From assembly GCF_000306885.1 (NCBI RefSeq), contig NC_018267.1, positions 480,001 to 512,000 on the forward strand: a stretch of 32,000 bases of DNA, read 5' to 3'. Below the pieces are notes generated by a model that did not search any database, had not been told where the DNA came from, and worked only from the letters and a program-made list of their open reading frames with translations. This document shows positions 8,892-20,002 of this stretch, piece after piece. The DNA comes from Wolbachia endosymbiont of Onchocerca ochengi (GTDB lineage Bacteria; Pseudomonadota; Alphaproteobacteria; Rickettsiales; Anaplasmataceae). The first letter of the stretch is position 1; every line of letters begins with the position of its first letter. The position numbers were made by a program, and so were the translations under genes.

Positions 8892-10139
8892 CATTATTTA
8901 TAATATTTTTTCTGTTGTCCATAGTATTTTTTTAGCTGGTGGCTGATGGTCCTTTTGGATTTTATCTTTTTTATTGTTTGTTGACTGTTTGTCTTGAAAA
9001 TATATAGGTTACTGATAGTACTCCTTTTGCCAAATGCGTCGATCATAAGCTTTTATTTATTACCTTTGAGATTTATTGACCTTTCGGTGGTTATCAATGA
9101 CTTTCATTTTTTATTGTAAAATAATGTTGTTCTGTGTTTGAAGTGCCATTTAGGAAAAGATAGTAAAAGATGTAGTTAGAGTTCTAGTGGTTGTGTAATG
9201 AGGTACTGCAACTATAATGGATAGTACCTATTTTAGGATAATGTTCTTTTACTATACAGAAGTTTATTCTAAAGTTAATTTGTTGTTGAAGTTACTTATT
9301 TTTAATAGCCTACCTACGTACTTAAAGTCCATAATGAGAACGTTATTGTTTGTCTGACAAGTAGTTGCTCTGATGGATATAGTTTTTTCTCTAAGAAGCT
9401 TTTTGTAAATTTTACCATCACGGTAGTTAAAAACTATTGGGGAACAGAAATTGCAACATAAACATATTATTCAGCTCTCTATCAAAAATAAAAAAAGACA
9501 TAAGAAGTTGTATAGCAAGAGCGATTTTCCATGCTGTGTATAGCCTGTACAATTAATTCTAAAATCTTTAGTTTCTAAAACTTTTTCTTTTTGGTGTACT
9601 TGTTTAGTATTTTATCAAGGATAGGCAACGAATCATAAAATGCATTACAAAATTAACATGCATTTTTTCACCTTTAGGTAAAAATTCAGAAATAGATATA
9701 GCAGTATTTACATCAGTTATCATGTCATAAAGGTTTTTAGTAACATGATGGAAGCTGTAATAATTCTTGTTTACACTAAATCCTATAATTCATACTTAGT
9801 TTAGGTCACTAATCATAACATCTTTTAAGTATCACTCTTAAAGTTGCTACATTAAAAAATCTCTAAAGTTTGGGAGTAACTGATATTCCTTAGCTTTAAT
9901 CATCTAAAATTTCAGGCTCTTTATTTTCCTTTAATATTAGAACCCAGAAATGACGGCCTCAATTGTTTCTTGATTTTTACTCTTCGTAAAATCTTAAATT
10001 TTTTCAATACTTAAGTCTTGGAAATTGCTTTTATTTTTGTTGCTGTTTTCCCTTTTGGGATTTTTTGTGACATGATCTAACTAGGTAAATAATCCTACGT
10101 CATATTTTTTTCTATTAAAATGACGCTAGTATATAATGC

Positions 10140-12050
10140 CTAAATAGGAATCTTGTCGAGTAAGTTGTTCAGTCTCTTAGCAAATAGGTTTGCATTGTCC
10201 ATTTCTTCGCCTTCTACAATACAAGCTTGGTAGAATAATAAGTGAACCATGTCTTCTAATGTTTGGTTTTCACCGTTTTCAGCATAAGATTTCATTATAT
10301 TTTTTATTACGGGATGTTTAGTGTTGATTTCAAGCACCTTTGGCGTGCGATAATTTAATTGTTTTTGTTCGCGCAAAAAACGCTCCATTCTAAGATCCAT
10401 AGCACCCTCATCAATCGCTAAACACACAGGACTATCAGTTAGTTTTTTAGAAATTTTTACGCTTTTTACTGAATTACCAAGAACTTTGGTGAAATATTGT
10501 AATATAGAATCTGTATTCTCTTCGCTCTTTTTTTCATCTGATTTGTTTTCTTCATCTTTTTTTCTCGGGGAAAACTTGTCTAGGTCGACGTCAGCACGAG
10601 TTACAGACTTAAATTTTTGATCTTTATATTCATGAACTACACTAGTCCAGAAATCATCTACTGGATCAACAAACAGAAGAACCTCTAATCCTTTACTGAC
10701 AAACCCTTCGAGTTGTGGACTGTATTTCACAGAATCCAAACTGTTTCCTGTGAGGTAGTAAAGATACTCTTGCTCAGGCTTCATTCTGCTTATATAGTTG
10801 TCAATGCTGACTAGCTTATCGTCACTAGTGCTATGGAATCTGCAAATTGAAAGCAGCGCTTCTCTTTCATCAGTTGGCATAGCTTCACAAAGACCCTCTT
10901 TTAATACCGCACCAAAGTTAGTCCAAAATTTTGTATATTCCTCTAAATTTTCTTTTGCCTTCTTACCGAGTTCAGATATCACTCGTTTAGTGAGAGATTT
11001 TTTAATTTGCTCAACAACACGGTTATTCTGTAGTGTTTCTCTGCTAATGTTAAGAGGTAAATCTGGAGAGTCAATGATTCCTTTCAGGAACCGTAAATAC
11101 TGTGGTATAATCTGTACATTATCTTCAGTAATAAATACTTTATTTACATATAGCTTTACAGAGCAACGTCTGTCTGGGTGGAATAAATCAAAAGGTTTGA
11201 TAGAGGGAACATAAAGTAAATTTGTGTATTCTATTACTCCTTCATTTTTGTTATGTAATATCATCCAAGGCTCACCGCCAACATGCGCAACACTACGAAA
11301 GAGATCGTTGTGCTCCTCTTGAGTAACATCATTTTTCGGCTTAGTCCAAATTGCGGCCTTGCTATTTAATCTTTCACTTTTTCCTTCTTCATCTATGAAC
11401 TCAACAGGGGAATTTATGTGGTCTGAGTAAGTAGTAACAACGTTTTTAATGCGAAACTTGTCCAAAAATTCGTTCTCTTCAGGACGTATAATTAGAGTAA
11501 TTTTAGTTCCGCGGGTGATTTGATCATTCAATTTGCTGATTGAATATTTTCCATATCCCTGAGATTTCCAGATCCAAGATTCCTCTTCTCCTGCTTTTCT
11601 AGATTCAACTATCACCTCTGAGGCAACCATGAAACTTGAATAAAAACCTACACCAAATTTTCCAATTAACTCTACAGTTTGACTTGAATCTTTGCTATTT
11701 TTGATAGCCTCCAGAAATTTTTGTGTACCAGAACTAGCAATTGTGCCAAGGTTATCTATTAAATCCTGCCGGTTCATTCCAATACCGTTATCGGCTATAT
11801 ATAACTCATTCTTATCTTTATTAGTACTAATAATAATTTTTAACTCATCACTTGAATCTAGTAAGTTAGGATCTAGTTGAGATTCATAGCGTAGTTTGTC
11901 ACATGCGTCTGATGCATTTGATATCAGTTCACGTAGGAAAATTTCTTTATTAGTATAGAGGGAATGAATTACTATATTTAGTATTTTTTCTATTTCAGCA
12001 TCGAATTTTAAATTTTCAGTTTCTTGTACATTATGCACTTTGAACTCCAT
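10140..12050 (-). CDS. htpG: Molecular chaperone HtpG (Hsp90)
   Basis: Motifs [17 protein letters not shown] and GKFGVGFYS, plus a full-length middle and C-terminal domain. I moved the start to ATG 12048-12050 ([24 protein letters not shown]...), which aligns with HtpG N-termini. The track's 37-aa N-terminal extension is hydrophobic and atypical. Confidence 0.9.
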   Translation of the reverse strand: MEFKVHNVQETENLKFDAEIEKILNIVIHSLYTNKEIFLRELISNASDACDKLRYESQLDPNLLDSSDELKIIISTNKDKNELYIADNGIGMNRQDLIDNLGTIASSGTQKFLEAIKNSKDSSQTVELIGKFGVGFYSSFMVASEVIVESRKAGEEESWIWKSQGYGKYSISKLNDQITRGTKITLIIRPEENEFLDKFRIKNVVTTYSDHINSPVEFIDEEGKSERLNSKAAIWTKPKNDVTQEEHNDLFRSVAHVGGEPWMILHNKNEGVIEYTNLLYVPSIKPFDLFHPDRRCSVKLYVNKVFITEDNVQIIPQYLRFLKGIIDSPDLPLNISRETLQNNRVVEQIKKSLTKRVISELGKKAKENLEEYTKFWTNFGAVLKEGLCEAMPTDEREALLSICRFHSTSDDKLVSIDNYISRMKPEQEYLYYLTGNSLDSVKYSPQLEGFVSKGLEVLLFVDPVDDFWTSVVHEYKDQKFKSVTRADVDLDKFSPRKKDEENKSDEKKSEENTDSILQYFTKVLGNSVKSVKISKKLTDSPVCLAIDEGAMDLRMERFLREQKQLNYRTPKVLEINTKHPVIKNIMKSYAENGENQTLEDMVHLLFYQACIVEGEEMDNANLFAKRLNNLLDKIPI

Positions 12051-12408
12051 TATTAGTCTATTACTTAATGATCTAAGTATTATACCATGATCTTTCAAGG
12101 TCACACGCACTAAAATTAATGTAGCTACTATATATATAATACTAGATAAATTAGATATCATAGTTGTGTAATCAAATATTTTTTAAGACTGTTAAAAGCT
12201 AATTATTTTTCACAACCTGTGTTATTTACTTTCTTCCTTTTAAGGAGTGTCGATAAAGTGTTATATTGGTTCTTAAAATTTGTTACCTGCTTTAAACTTT
12301 CCTTATGCTTTAGTTTTGGCTAAAAACTTTATTAAAGTTGAATTGTCTTATTCTATCGATGCTCATTCTCTACGCTAATTTTCAAGCTGAGACTTTATTA
12401 TTGTATAA

Positions 12409-13330
12409 TTAAAAAAGCTTATTAAGTTGGACATCGTATTTTTCGCCATTAATATTTAAGTTAATTGCATGAGTAACATTTGGAGAAGTTGTATCTTGTA
12501 CTACAAATTTTGCTTTGTTCTTATGATTATTGCATATCTTACTAAGATTAAGAGCTTTATCCTGGTAATTAAAAGCTTTTTCTAATTCTAAATTAAACTT
12601 TTTCTATTTGTTTTTGTGAAAAAACTCTGATCTATGTTTGTTTGTTGCATTTTATTGTTTAATGTACTTTTTTAGCTGCTTCTTTCATGTTGTTAGTATT
12701 CTCCGCATCTTTTTCATCTCATCAAAAAGCCCTTCTTCTTTTTGATTTTCTTGTAATGCAATTTTATTCTTTTCATTTTGTTGTTCTCAAGATCTCTTAC
12801 TTATTATTAAATTTCTCTTTTTTGAGATTCTTACCTGTCTAATGAAAAACTAACATCATGCTTTAATAGGTTTTTTATCAGTTTGCATAGAAGTTTCAGA
12901 AATCTTTTTTTTTGTTCATTTTACCCAAATTGTTCATCTTCTACAGCAGTTTTTAAGATTACTGGCTACTTCTTGAAACTCTGGATCATATTCGCAATCC
13001 TTCGATATTCGAGTTGTTGCGTGTCTGTTTGTGTAGAAGTTTAGTGGTTTGTGTTGTTTACCTGATTTCTTACGATAACTTATCATTGCTACTAAATCTA
13101 CTTTTCTTATTTATAGCAGTATAGAGTTCTTGTTTCTTTTGTAAGGTAATTAACCTTATTTTCTAATAAAGCATCTTCTGAAAATACTAAAAAGTGTGTC
13201 TTGAATTTTGTTTTAATATCTTTTTGAGATGTATTCTTTAACTTTAGCCATGCTTTATTTTCTTAATAAAGAGTATAAAACCCAGTGTATTAGTTCATCG
13301 TGTAGAAATGATTAACATGGCTTGCAATAA
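12409..13330 (-). pseudogene. Unidentified degraded minus-strand coding remnant(s)
   Basis: The plus strand is strongly T-rich. That is the pattern expected opposite an A-rich coding strand. Minus-strand translation gives protein-like runs broken by stops and shifts. Examples are ATTRISKDCEYDPEFQEVASNLKNCC, EQQNEKNKIALQENQKEEGLFDEMKKM, and a 62-codon open stretch FNLELEKAFNYQDKALNLSKICNNHKNKAKFVVQDTTSPNVTHAINLNINGEKYDVQLNKLF-stop (12409-12600). I recognise no family. Confidence 0.35.
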
Positions 13331-13424
13331 ATAGTATTTCTTAGGCTCATCAAAAGCGTCCCATTTATATTTTTTTATCAAAATGTTATTTACTTGTTAA
13401 CCTAAAGTGCGTAACAATGTAGAA

Positions 13425-14063
13425 ATGAAAAACAGCTCATTAGCAGTAGTATTCGACTGGGATAATACCTTAGTTGATACCCAAGACAATATTTCTAGTG
13501 ACGTTAAGCATAACTTAGACTCAATGGAGTGTAGTAATAAAGCCGCTGATAGAAATTTTCATGAATTGATAAGGAACTATATGATCAATTTGTTTGATAA
13601 CCAGTGGGAAAAAGTAAATCAGATACGTCAAAGATACTTAAACAATGTACTATTGCAAAATATTACCCTGAACCAGGGAGTAGGGGAAATGCTTCAGAAG
13701 TTGAAAAGCCACAATATTTATCTAGCAATAGTTAGTAATAAGAAGAATATTAATTTACGTAAAGAAGTTGCCTATTTAAAATTAGACTCTTACTTTGAAA
13801 GAGTAGTGGGTTCATGTGATACTGCAGAGGATAAACCATCTGCAATCCCATTGCTATTTGCATTGAAAGAGAGTATTTTGCCCATAAGTAGAGAAAATGT
13901 ATTTTTTGTTGGTGATAGCATCACAGATATTTTGTGTGCACAAAACGCTAATTGTTCACCAATTATATATGGCCAATCAATAAGTGGCTACGAAGATTTG
14001 TTGTGTTTTCAACATTTTGATAAACTTACAGACTTCATAATAAAGTATTTAAAAGATAGATGA
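13425..14063 (+). CDS. HAD-superfamily hydrolase (phosphoglycolate-phosphatase-like)
   Basis: HAD motif I is VVFDWDNTLVDT, motif II is IVSNK, and motif IV is VGDSITDILCAQNA. ATG 13425 is preferred to the track's GTG 13407. Confidence 0.75.
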   Translation: MKNSSLAVVFDWDNTLVDTQDNISSDVKHNLDSMECSNKAADRNFHELIRNYMINLFDNQWEKVNQIRQRYLNNVLLQNITLNQGVGEMLQKLKSHNIYLAIVSNKKNINLRKEVAYLKLDSYFERVVGSCDTAEDKPSAIPLLFALKESILPISRENVFFVGDSITDILCAQNANCSPIIYGQSISGYEDLLCFQHFDKLTDFIIKYLKDR

Positions 14064-14557
14064 TGAACTCTGTTATAGAGATTGCCAGTATACAAAGGCG
14101 CTTTTGCGCGTATTTATTAGATGTAGTAATTTTACTAATTCCAACCTTGTTGATTGTCCTTTTACTAAAGGATTTTCCGTTAATTCTATATTTACTGTAT
14201 ATATGTATGAACTGCAGTTATTTCACATATTTTATATCTTCAGCAACTCAAGCAACTCCTGGTCAGCAGTTAATGAACATACATACCATTAGTTTAGATG
14301 GTTCTAAAATAGATTTGAGTTTAGCATTTGATAAAAGTGTCTCTCAGTTTTTTCTTCCTCTATTGAACAACATAATAATTATTCTCATCGATCTTTTTCA
14401 AGCTCAGGAAGCGTTAGTAAAAGCCTTAAACTTACTGGAAGTAATTATAATACTGCTTACTTTTTGCTGGTATTTTATAGCTTGCTTCTCTAAGAAGAAG
14501 CAGACATGTCATGATATGCTATTTGGTACAATTGTTGTGAAAGGAACTATTAAATGA
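14060..14557 (+). CDS. RDD-family integral membrane protein
   Basis: 165-aa ORF. N-terminal RRFCAYLLDVVILLIP and C-terminal CHDMLFGTIVV are the RDD signature positions. Several hydrophobic spans. The start overlaps the HAD stop (ATGA), suggesting translational coupling. Confidence 0.65.
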   Translation: MMNSVIEIASIQRRFCAYLLDVVILLIPTLLIVLLLKDFPLILYLLYICMNCSYFTYFISSATQATPGQQLMNIHTISLDGSKIDLSLAFDKSVSQFFLPLLNNIIIILIDLFQAQEALVKALNLLEVIIILLTFCWYFIACFSKKKQTCHDMLFGTIVVKGTIK

Positions 14558-14744
14558 ATTGGTATGACCTCTTTCTATTATTATAGAAATAATATCAGTA
14601 AAGTAAATTAAAGAAGGATTTTATTGGCTTAATCTTACTAGAAGAACTATTGAAAAAATGGGGAAGAATACTTGCATTGAATTGAAGAGCAGACTAACCT
14701 TATTGAGCTTATAGTTGAGAACTACCTAAAGATATAAGTTTAAA

Positions 14745-15368
14745 ATGTTTAAAAAAATAGTATTTACTTTAACTATACCATGTTTACTTCTTTTTTCATT
14801 AGGGTTATGGCAATTATTTAGGTTGTACTGGAAAAGTAACATTATCAAAAATATGAATCTTCCAGTTGTTCATCTATTGTTCAGTGAAAATCTTACAAAA
14901 TTTAACTATAGACATATTGAGATTGATGGAGTTTTAAGTGATATAGATCTATATGTTTTTGCAGGGCAACGCAGCTATCACGTGCTATCTCCTATGTTGC
15001 TTACTACTGGACATTATATGTTAGTGAATAAAGGGATGATCAATGAAAGAAAAAAGGAAAAAACAAAAATCGAAAAAGTAACTGTAAGTGGGGTTTTATA
15101 TTGTGATAGCAGTAAAAGCAAAAGTTGGTTAATCAAAAATGATACTGCTTTGAACATTTGGTTTACCTTAAATACGGAAGAAATCTCCAATGAACTTGGC
15201 ATTAAACTAGAGAAGTGTATGCTATGGCAAAAAGGTTTTGGCGATAAATTAACAATACAGCCAATAAAACATTTAGAATATGCAGTAACTTGGTTTGTAC
15301 TTTTCTTGGTTTGGTTGATTATATGTATAATTTATTATGGACAGAGTAAATGTTATCTGAATAATTGA
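14745..15368 (+). CDS. SURF1-family cytochrome c oxidase assembly protein
   Basis: 207-aa ORF. N-terminal TM with GLWQLFRLYWKS (SURF1 GxWQxxRxxWK motif) and a C-terminal TM after HLEYAVTWFVLFLVW. Confidence 0.8.
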   Translation: MFKKIVFTLTIPCLLLFSLGLWQLFRLYWKSNIIKNMNLPVVHLLFSENLTKFNYRHIEIDGVLSDIDLYVFAGQRSYHVLSPMLLTTGHYMLVNKGMINERKKEKTKIEKVTVSGVLYCDSSKSKSWLIKNDTALNIWFTLNTEEISNELGIKLEKCMLWQKGFGDKLTIQPIKHLEYAVTWFVLFLVWLIICIIYYGQSKCYLNN

Positions 15369-15909
15369 TACATGTGTACATGTATTGCGATTTACAGGTT
15401 ATTTATGGATAAGTGGCTATTATCTAACTTGTATTGGAAAAGGCAAAAAAGCCTAACATAGTATATAGATAGTTATTTACTTTCTGATCCTGCAGAACGG
15501 AGTGTTTTCTACTGTCTTTGAATGACTTATAAGCTCATTTTTAATTTGTGTAGGTGTAAAAACTTAAAAATTTTTTGAAGACACATGAGGTACGCATAGT
15601 GCAAAAATTGAACATAAGATGCCTAACTATATAATATTACTTTTGTCGTTTGGTCTACACGAGAATTAAAAATAGCTAAACAACTCTATTATGGGAGGGG
15701 AGTTGGCAAAGTTTATCAAGTAAAGTAGTTTTTAGTTTATTTGCCTGTTTTTAAATTGAAATGTTCATGTAATTGTGAAAAATGGCAGGAATGATCAATA
15801 AATATCTAAATTTATTAAAAAAACTTTACTATTATTCAACTAAAATTTGAGAATTTCAATATTTTATCTGTACTAGGTAGAACTAAGTTTATTAGTACTA
15901 TTGCTTTTC

Positions 15910-17742
15910 TTATAGAGAAGATTTTCTTACTTTTTCCTTGCTTCCGTTTTCGTTTTTAACGATCTTTTTTCCATTTAGTATATCTTTGATTTCATCTCCA
16001 GTTAAAGTCTCAAACTCTAGCATGTTTTCAGCAATAAGTTCCAGGTCTTTATGGTATTTGGTTAAGATATCTTTTGCCTTTTCATAACATAAAGATACAA
16101 TTCTTTTTACTTCTTCATCTATAAGCTTCAGGGTATCTTCGGAAATTATATCGGAACCATATACATTATTTTGTTCACGGTTGTGATATATGGGTCCTAT
16201 TTTATCACTCATTCCCCATTTTGTTACCATAGCACGTGACAAATCAGATGCTTGTTTTATATCTGAAGATGCACCGCTTGTGACTTTGTCATAGCCAAAG
16301 ACCAGCTCTTCTGCCACTCTTCCACCCATAGCAACGGTAATATCTGCTATCATCTTTTCTCTTGTATGAGATACTCTATCTGTTTCTGGTAGTCTCATAA
16401 CCAAACCTAAGGCTCTACCTCTTGGAATAATAGTTGCTTTGTGTATCGGATCAGATGCAGCCATGTTAACGGCAATTATTACATGACCAGCTTCGTGGTA
16501 CGCAGTAAGCTTTCTCTCCTCTTCTGTCATAACTAAGGATCGCCTCTCCACGCCCATCATTACTTTATCACGTGCATATTCAAAATCATCCATGGTAACA
16601 ATTTTCTTATTTCTTCTTGCAGCAATAAGCGCAGATTCGTTTACTAAATTTGCCAAATCAGCTCCTGAAAAGCCAGGTGTTCCCCTTGCAACTGTTTTTA
16701 CATTTACATCTGGTGCTGTTGATATCTTTTTTATATGAGTATTTAATATTTTTTCACGCCCATTTATATCAGGTAAAGAAATAGTAATCTGCCGGTCAAA
16801 ACGACCAGGTCTAAGTAATGCTGGGTCTAAAACGTCAGGACGATTAGTTGCAGCAACTATTATCACACCTTCGTTGGATTCAAAACCATCCATTTCAACT
16901 AACAGCTGATTTAATGTTTGTTCTCTTTCATCATTGCCACCGCCAAGGCCAATACCACGATGTCTGCCTACTGCATCTATTTCATCTATAAAGATTATAC
17001 AAGGAGCATTTTTTTTTCCTTGATCAAACATGTCACGGACACGGCTTGCGCCGACGCCAACGAACATTTCAACAAAGTCAGATCCGGAAATACTAAAGAA
17101 TGGTACATTAGCTTCACCTGCAATTGCACGAGCGAGTAAAGTTTTACCGGTTCCAGGGGAACCAATTAAAAGGCAACCTTTTGGTATTTTCCCACCTAAT
17201 ACCTGAAATTTTTGCCTTTGTTTAAGGAAATCAACAATTTCTACTAGCTCTTCTTTTGCTTCATCAATTCCAGCAACATCGTCAAATGTCACTTTTTTTC
17301 CGCTAGTCATAAGCCTAGCTTTTGATTTGCCAAAGCTTATGGTTCTGTTACCTCCTGCTTGTGTTTGTTTTAAGAGGAAGAGTAGTAACCCGATAAAGAT
17401 AAATGTTGGAATCCATTGAATGAGTAATCCACCAATGATACTCATTGCAGAATCTCCAGTTGAAAAGGAGAATTTCACTTTTCTATCATGCAAGCTTTTT
17501 ATTAGATCACTGTATATAATACTACTTGAATTAAAGCTTAATCCATCTTTGAACTTACCTTCAATGCTCTGGTTTTTTATGATAACATTTTCTATGTCAT
17601 TGTCTTCTAGTCTGATTAAAAATTCTGAAAAAGGTATAGTTATTTTATTTTTACTTATATTTCCACTGAATTGGATATAGGCAACCGAGACAAGTACAAC
17701 TATTACTAACCAGATCAATAAGCCTTCTAGAAACTTTTTCAT
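15910..17742 (-). CDS. ftsH: ATP-dependent zinc metalloprotease FtsH
   Basis: 610-aa ORF. Two N-terminal TMs, Walker A GSPGTGKT, Walker [10 protein letters not shown], second region of homology, and zinc motif HEAGHV. Confidence 0.95.
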   Translation of the reverse strand: MKKFLEGLLIWLVIVVLVSVAYIQFSGNISKNKITIPFSEFLIRLEDNDIENVIIKNQSIEGKFKDGLSFNSSSIIYSDLIKSLHDRKVKFSFSTGDSAMSIIGGLLIQWIPTFIFIGLLLFLLKQTQAGGNRTISFGKSKARLMTSGKKVTFDDVAGIDEAKEELVEIVDFLKQRQKFQVLGGKIPKGCLLIGSPGTGKTLLARAIAGEANVPFFSISGSDFVEMFVGVGASRVRDMFDQGKKNAPCIIFIDEIDAVGRHRGIGLGGGNDEREQTLNQLLVEMDGFESNEGVIIVAATNRPDVLDPALLRPGRFDRQITISLPDINGREKILNTHIKKISTAPDVNVKTVARGTPGFSGADLANLVNESALIAARRNKKIVTMDDFEYARDKVMMGVERRSLVMTEEERKLTAYHEAGHVIIAVNMAASDPIHKATIIPRGRALGLVMRLPETDRVSHTREKMIADITVAMGGRVAEELVFGYDKVTSGASSDIKQASDLSRAMVTKWGMSDKIGPIYHNREQNNVYGSDIISEDTLKLIDEEVKRIVSLCYEKAKDILTKYHKDLELIAENMLEFETLTGDEIKDILNGKKIVKNENGSKEKVRKSSL

Positions 17743-17754
17743 TATTATTTTTAA

Positions 17755-19074
17755 CTAGACATCAATTAAGCTTACCAGATTTTGTTTTATTATACTATTA
17801 ACAATGAATTGAATCTTACCGTTATTAACATTTTCTTCATCATAATTTATATAGGGATAAGCAATTACCTTTCCATCTTTTTGTATCACGGGTAAGGAAT
17901 AAAAAACTTCAAAGCAGCAATTATAATTCTTTAAAAATTTAGGAATCTTTTGTGTTTTCTTTAGTGGGGTAATAGTTACTGAACACTCTTGATTTTTAAG
18001 TATCGTGCAGCTAAATCTATTATCCCATTTAATGGAGCCATTTAATGGCAGATTTACAGATACTTCTTGTATCCTTGATGATTCTCTGATTATCAATATG
18101 TTTTCTCTATATTTCTTTATTTTACATTCGGAAAGCATACAATGAACATCAGTGTCTTTTTGCAATATTTTATTAAATATTGCTATAAGACTGTTGTATC
18201 TTGGTTTATAATATTTGTTACTGAGTGCCATTATGGAGTAAAGAAGAAGTCTTAGAGCTATTTCCTCTGGCAATTTATAAAATTCACTTAGTCTGATTTC
18301 AATATACCCGAGATTGTGAATATTAACACAGTCATTAAACGCAAGGCGAGTGTAATAAATCAGCGCTTTTACAGCTCTTTTTATATGAAAAGTAGTGAGA
18401 CATATTCGCTCTGTTAAAATCTTCTGGTTATCACTTGCTTTAAGCAAGTTACGATATAATGTACGCCTGTATGTCAAACTCTGATTGCTTTTATCTTCAA
18501 TCCATCTTAACTGATGGAGGTTTGCGTATCTCTCTACTTCGCTACGGCTAAAATTTAAAAGTGGTCTCAATATGTGAATGCCATTAAAAGAAGATTTCCA
18601 ATCCATGGATGATAACCCATCTATACCGCTACCGCGTTCAAGTCTGAGTAAGAATGTTTCTGCTTGATCATCTTTGTGGTGAGCAATAAGAAGGTATTTA
18701 ATACCGTGATTTTTACACCATTCTGTTAACAGCTTGTATCGTGCTTTTCGTGCTTGTAACTGGATGTTACCTTTGATGCTTTGATTTTCCCATTTCAATA
18801 TAAATGACTCCTTTACTCCAAGTTTTTTTGTGTAATTTAGAACAAACTCTGCTTCTTCCTTAGACCCTGAACGTAACCCATGGTTTACTGTTAATGCTAC
18901 AGGGAGTGAATACTGTCTTTTTTTTGTCCAACTAACCATTAAATGTAACAAACTTACACTGTCAACACCACCTGATACTGCAACTGCAATTTTGTTATCA
19001 TCGATAATAAAACTTTTAATTACATTTTGAAATAATGACTCTAATTCCACTAATTTCATTTGTATTTCTTGCAT
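17755..19074 (-). CDS. tilS: tRNA(Ile)-lysidine synthase
   Basis: 439-aa ORF with the PP-loop [16 protein letters not shown]. It ends 12 nt upstream of ftsH, the conserved tilS-ftsH pairing. Confidence 0.85.
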   Translation of the reverse strand: MQEIQMKLVELESLFQNVIKSFIIDDNKIAVAVSGGVDSVSLLHLMVSWTKKRQYSLPVALTVNHGLRSGSKEEAEFVLNYTKKLGVKESFILKWENQSIKGNIQLQARKARYKLLTEWCKNHGIKYLLIAHHKDDQAETFLLRLERGSGIDGLSSMDWKSSFNGIHILRPLLNFSRSEVERYANLHQLRWIEDKSNQSLTYRRTLYRNLLKASDNQKILTERICLTTFHIKRAVKALIYYTRLAFNDCVNIHNLGYIEIRLSEFYKLPEEIALRLLLYSIMALSNKYYKPRYNSLIAIFNKILQKDTDVHCMLSECKIKKYRENILIIRESSRIQEVSVNLPLNGSIKWDNRFSCTILKNQECSVTITPLKKTQKIPKFLKNYNCCFEVFYSLPVIQKDGKVIAYPYINYDEENVNNGKIQFIVNSIIKQNLVSLIDV

Positions 19075-19202
19075 GATTTATTTTGTTAAGTCAATTGTGC
19101 AGTAAATAAGACTTACTGGATTCTAACAACCATGCTAATATGTTCCTTTGTGTAATTCTTCCTTTTTTTTTAGGACTACTGAGTTTCTCTTGCTCTATTG
19201 TA

Positions 19203-19225
19203 ATCCCAGTCCTCAATACTGGGAT
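19203..19225. repeat. Perfect 8-bp-stem hairpin ATCCCAGT-cctcaat-ACTGGGAT
   Basis: It ends 21 nt downstream of the pal stop codon (minus sense). No adjacent U-tract, so it is not a canonical intrinsic terminator. The CCCAGT/ACTGGG core resembles short palindromic repeats I recall as common in Wolbachia intergenic DNA. Confidence 0.5.
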
Positions 19226-19246
19226 CTAGCTTTTAAGGCAAGAAAA

Positions 19247-19726
19247 CTATTTCTTTGCTTCAGAAAATAAAAATTCTACCCTACGATTCTTAGCGTGCTG
19301 TTTTTCATACTTAGAATTCTTAGAGTTATCTTGTACATACACTAAAGGCTCAGCTTCACCTCTAGAGACGGTTTTTATTCTACCTTCTAAGTGAGGTGCA
19401 CAGCTAACCATGAACTTTTTAGCTGCGTTTGCTCTTCTTTCACCTAATGCAATGTTGTATTCATAGGAACCACGATTATCAGTATGACCAATTGCAGTAA
19501 CCTTCATATCAGGATTATTTTGTAATACTTCTATTATATCAAGCAGGGCATCTGCGCCTGCTTCGATAATATTAGATTTATCGTAATCAAAGAAAACTCT
19601 TTTTTCACTCATCTGTTTAGTAACAAAATTCATTCTGTTTATTGCAGTTACTTCTTTCCTATCGCAAGAGCTTGCGCCAGTAAGTAGCAAACAAAAAGAA
19701 CATATTATAACCAATCTATTCCACAT
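19247..19726 (-). CDS. pal: Peptidoglycan-associated lipoprotein (OmpA-like domain)
   Basis: 159-aa ORF. Signal peptide ending LLTGASSC (probable lipoprotein Cys). OmpA-like PG-binding block FFDYDKSNI...TAIGHTDNRGSYEYNIALGERRANAAKKFM. Confidence 0.85.
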   Translation of the reverse strand: MWNRLVIICSFCLLLTGASSCDRKEVTAINRMNFVTKQMSEKRVFFDYDKSNIIEAGADALLDIIEVLQNNPDMKVTAIGHTDNRGSYEYNIALGERRANAAKKFMVSCAPHLEGRIKTVSRGEAEPLVYVQDNSKNSKYEKQHAKNRRVEFLFSEAKK

Positions 19727-20002
19727 TGCTAAACCTCCATAAATTTTTAAATAATGCGTGGCTTTAAATTTTACTAATTGATGATCTCTCTATATTGTAA
19801 TATAGTCAAGAAAAATAAAACACTAAATATTTTTCTATAATCTTGCAGTAATTCTCTAATAAGAAGATGCTGGATTTGATAGAAGAATCTAGTAAAGGCA
19901 TGGTATACGCGATTTTTTGTTGTACTTTGAGTAAATATGCTTTTAACTTTATTGTTAATCTATTACGATGTTAAACAGATTTTTTCTAAAAGATGAACAA
20001 AT

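Noticed and set aside
10798-11880. Plus-strand ORFs 10798..11214 and 11692..11880
   Set aside because: Both are antisense to htpG and are Ser/Leu-rich shadow frames.
12051-12161. 37-aa N-terminal extension of htpG (track start at 12161)
   Set aside because: HtpG homologs begin a few residues before the ..[19 protein letters not shown] block. The internal ATG at 12050 gives that architecture. The extension is a hydrophobic, AT-driven open stretch with no counterpart in Hsp90 proteins.
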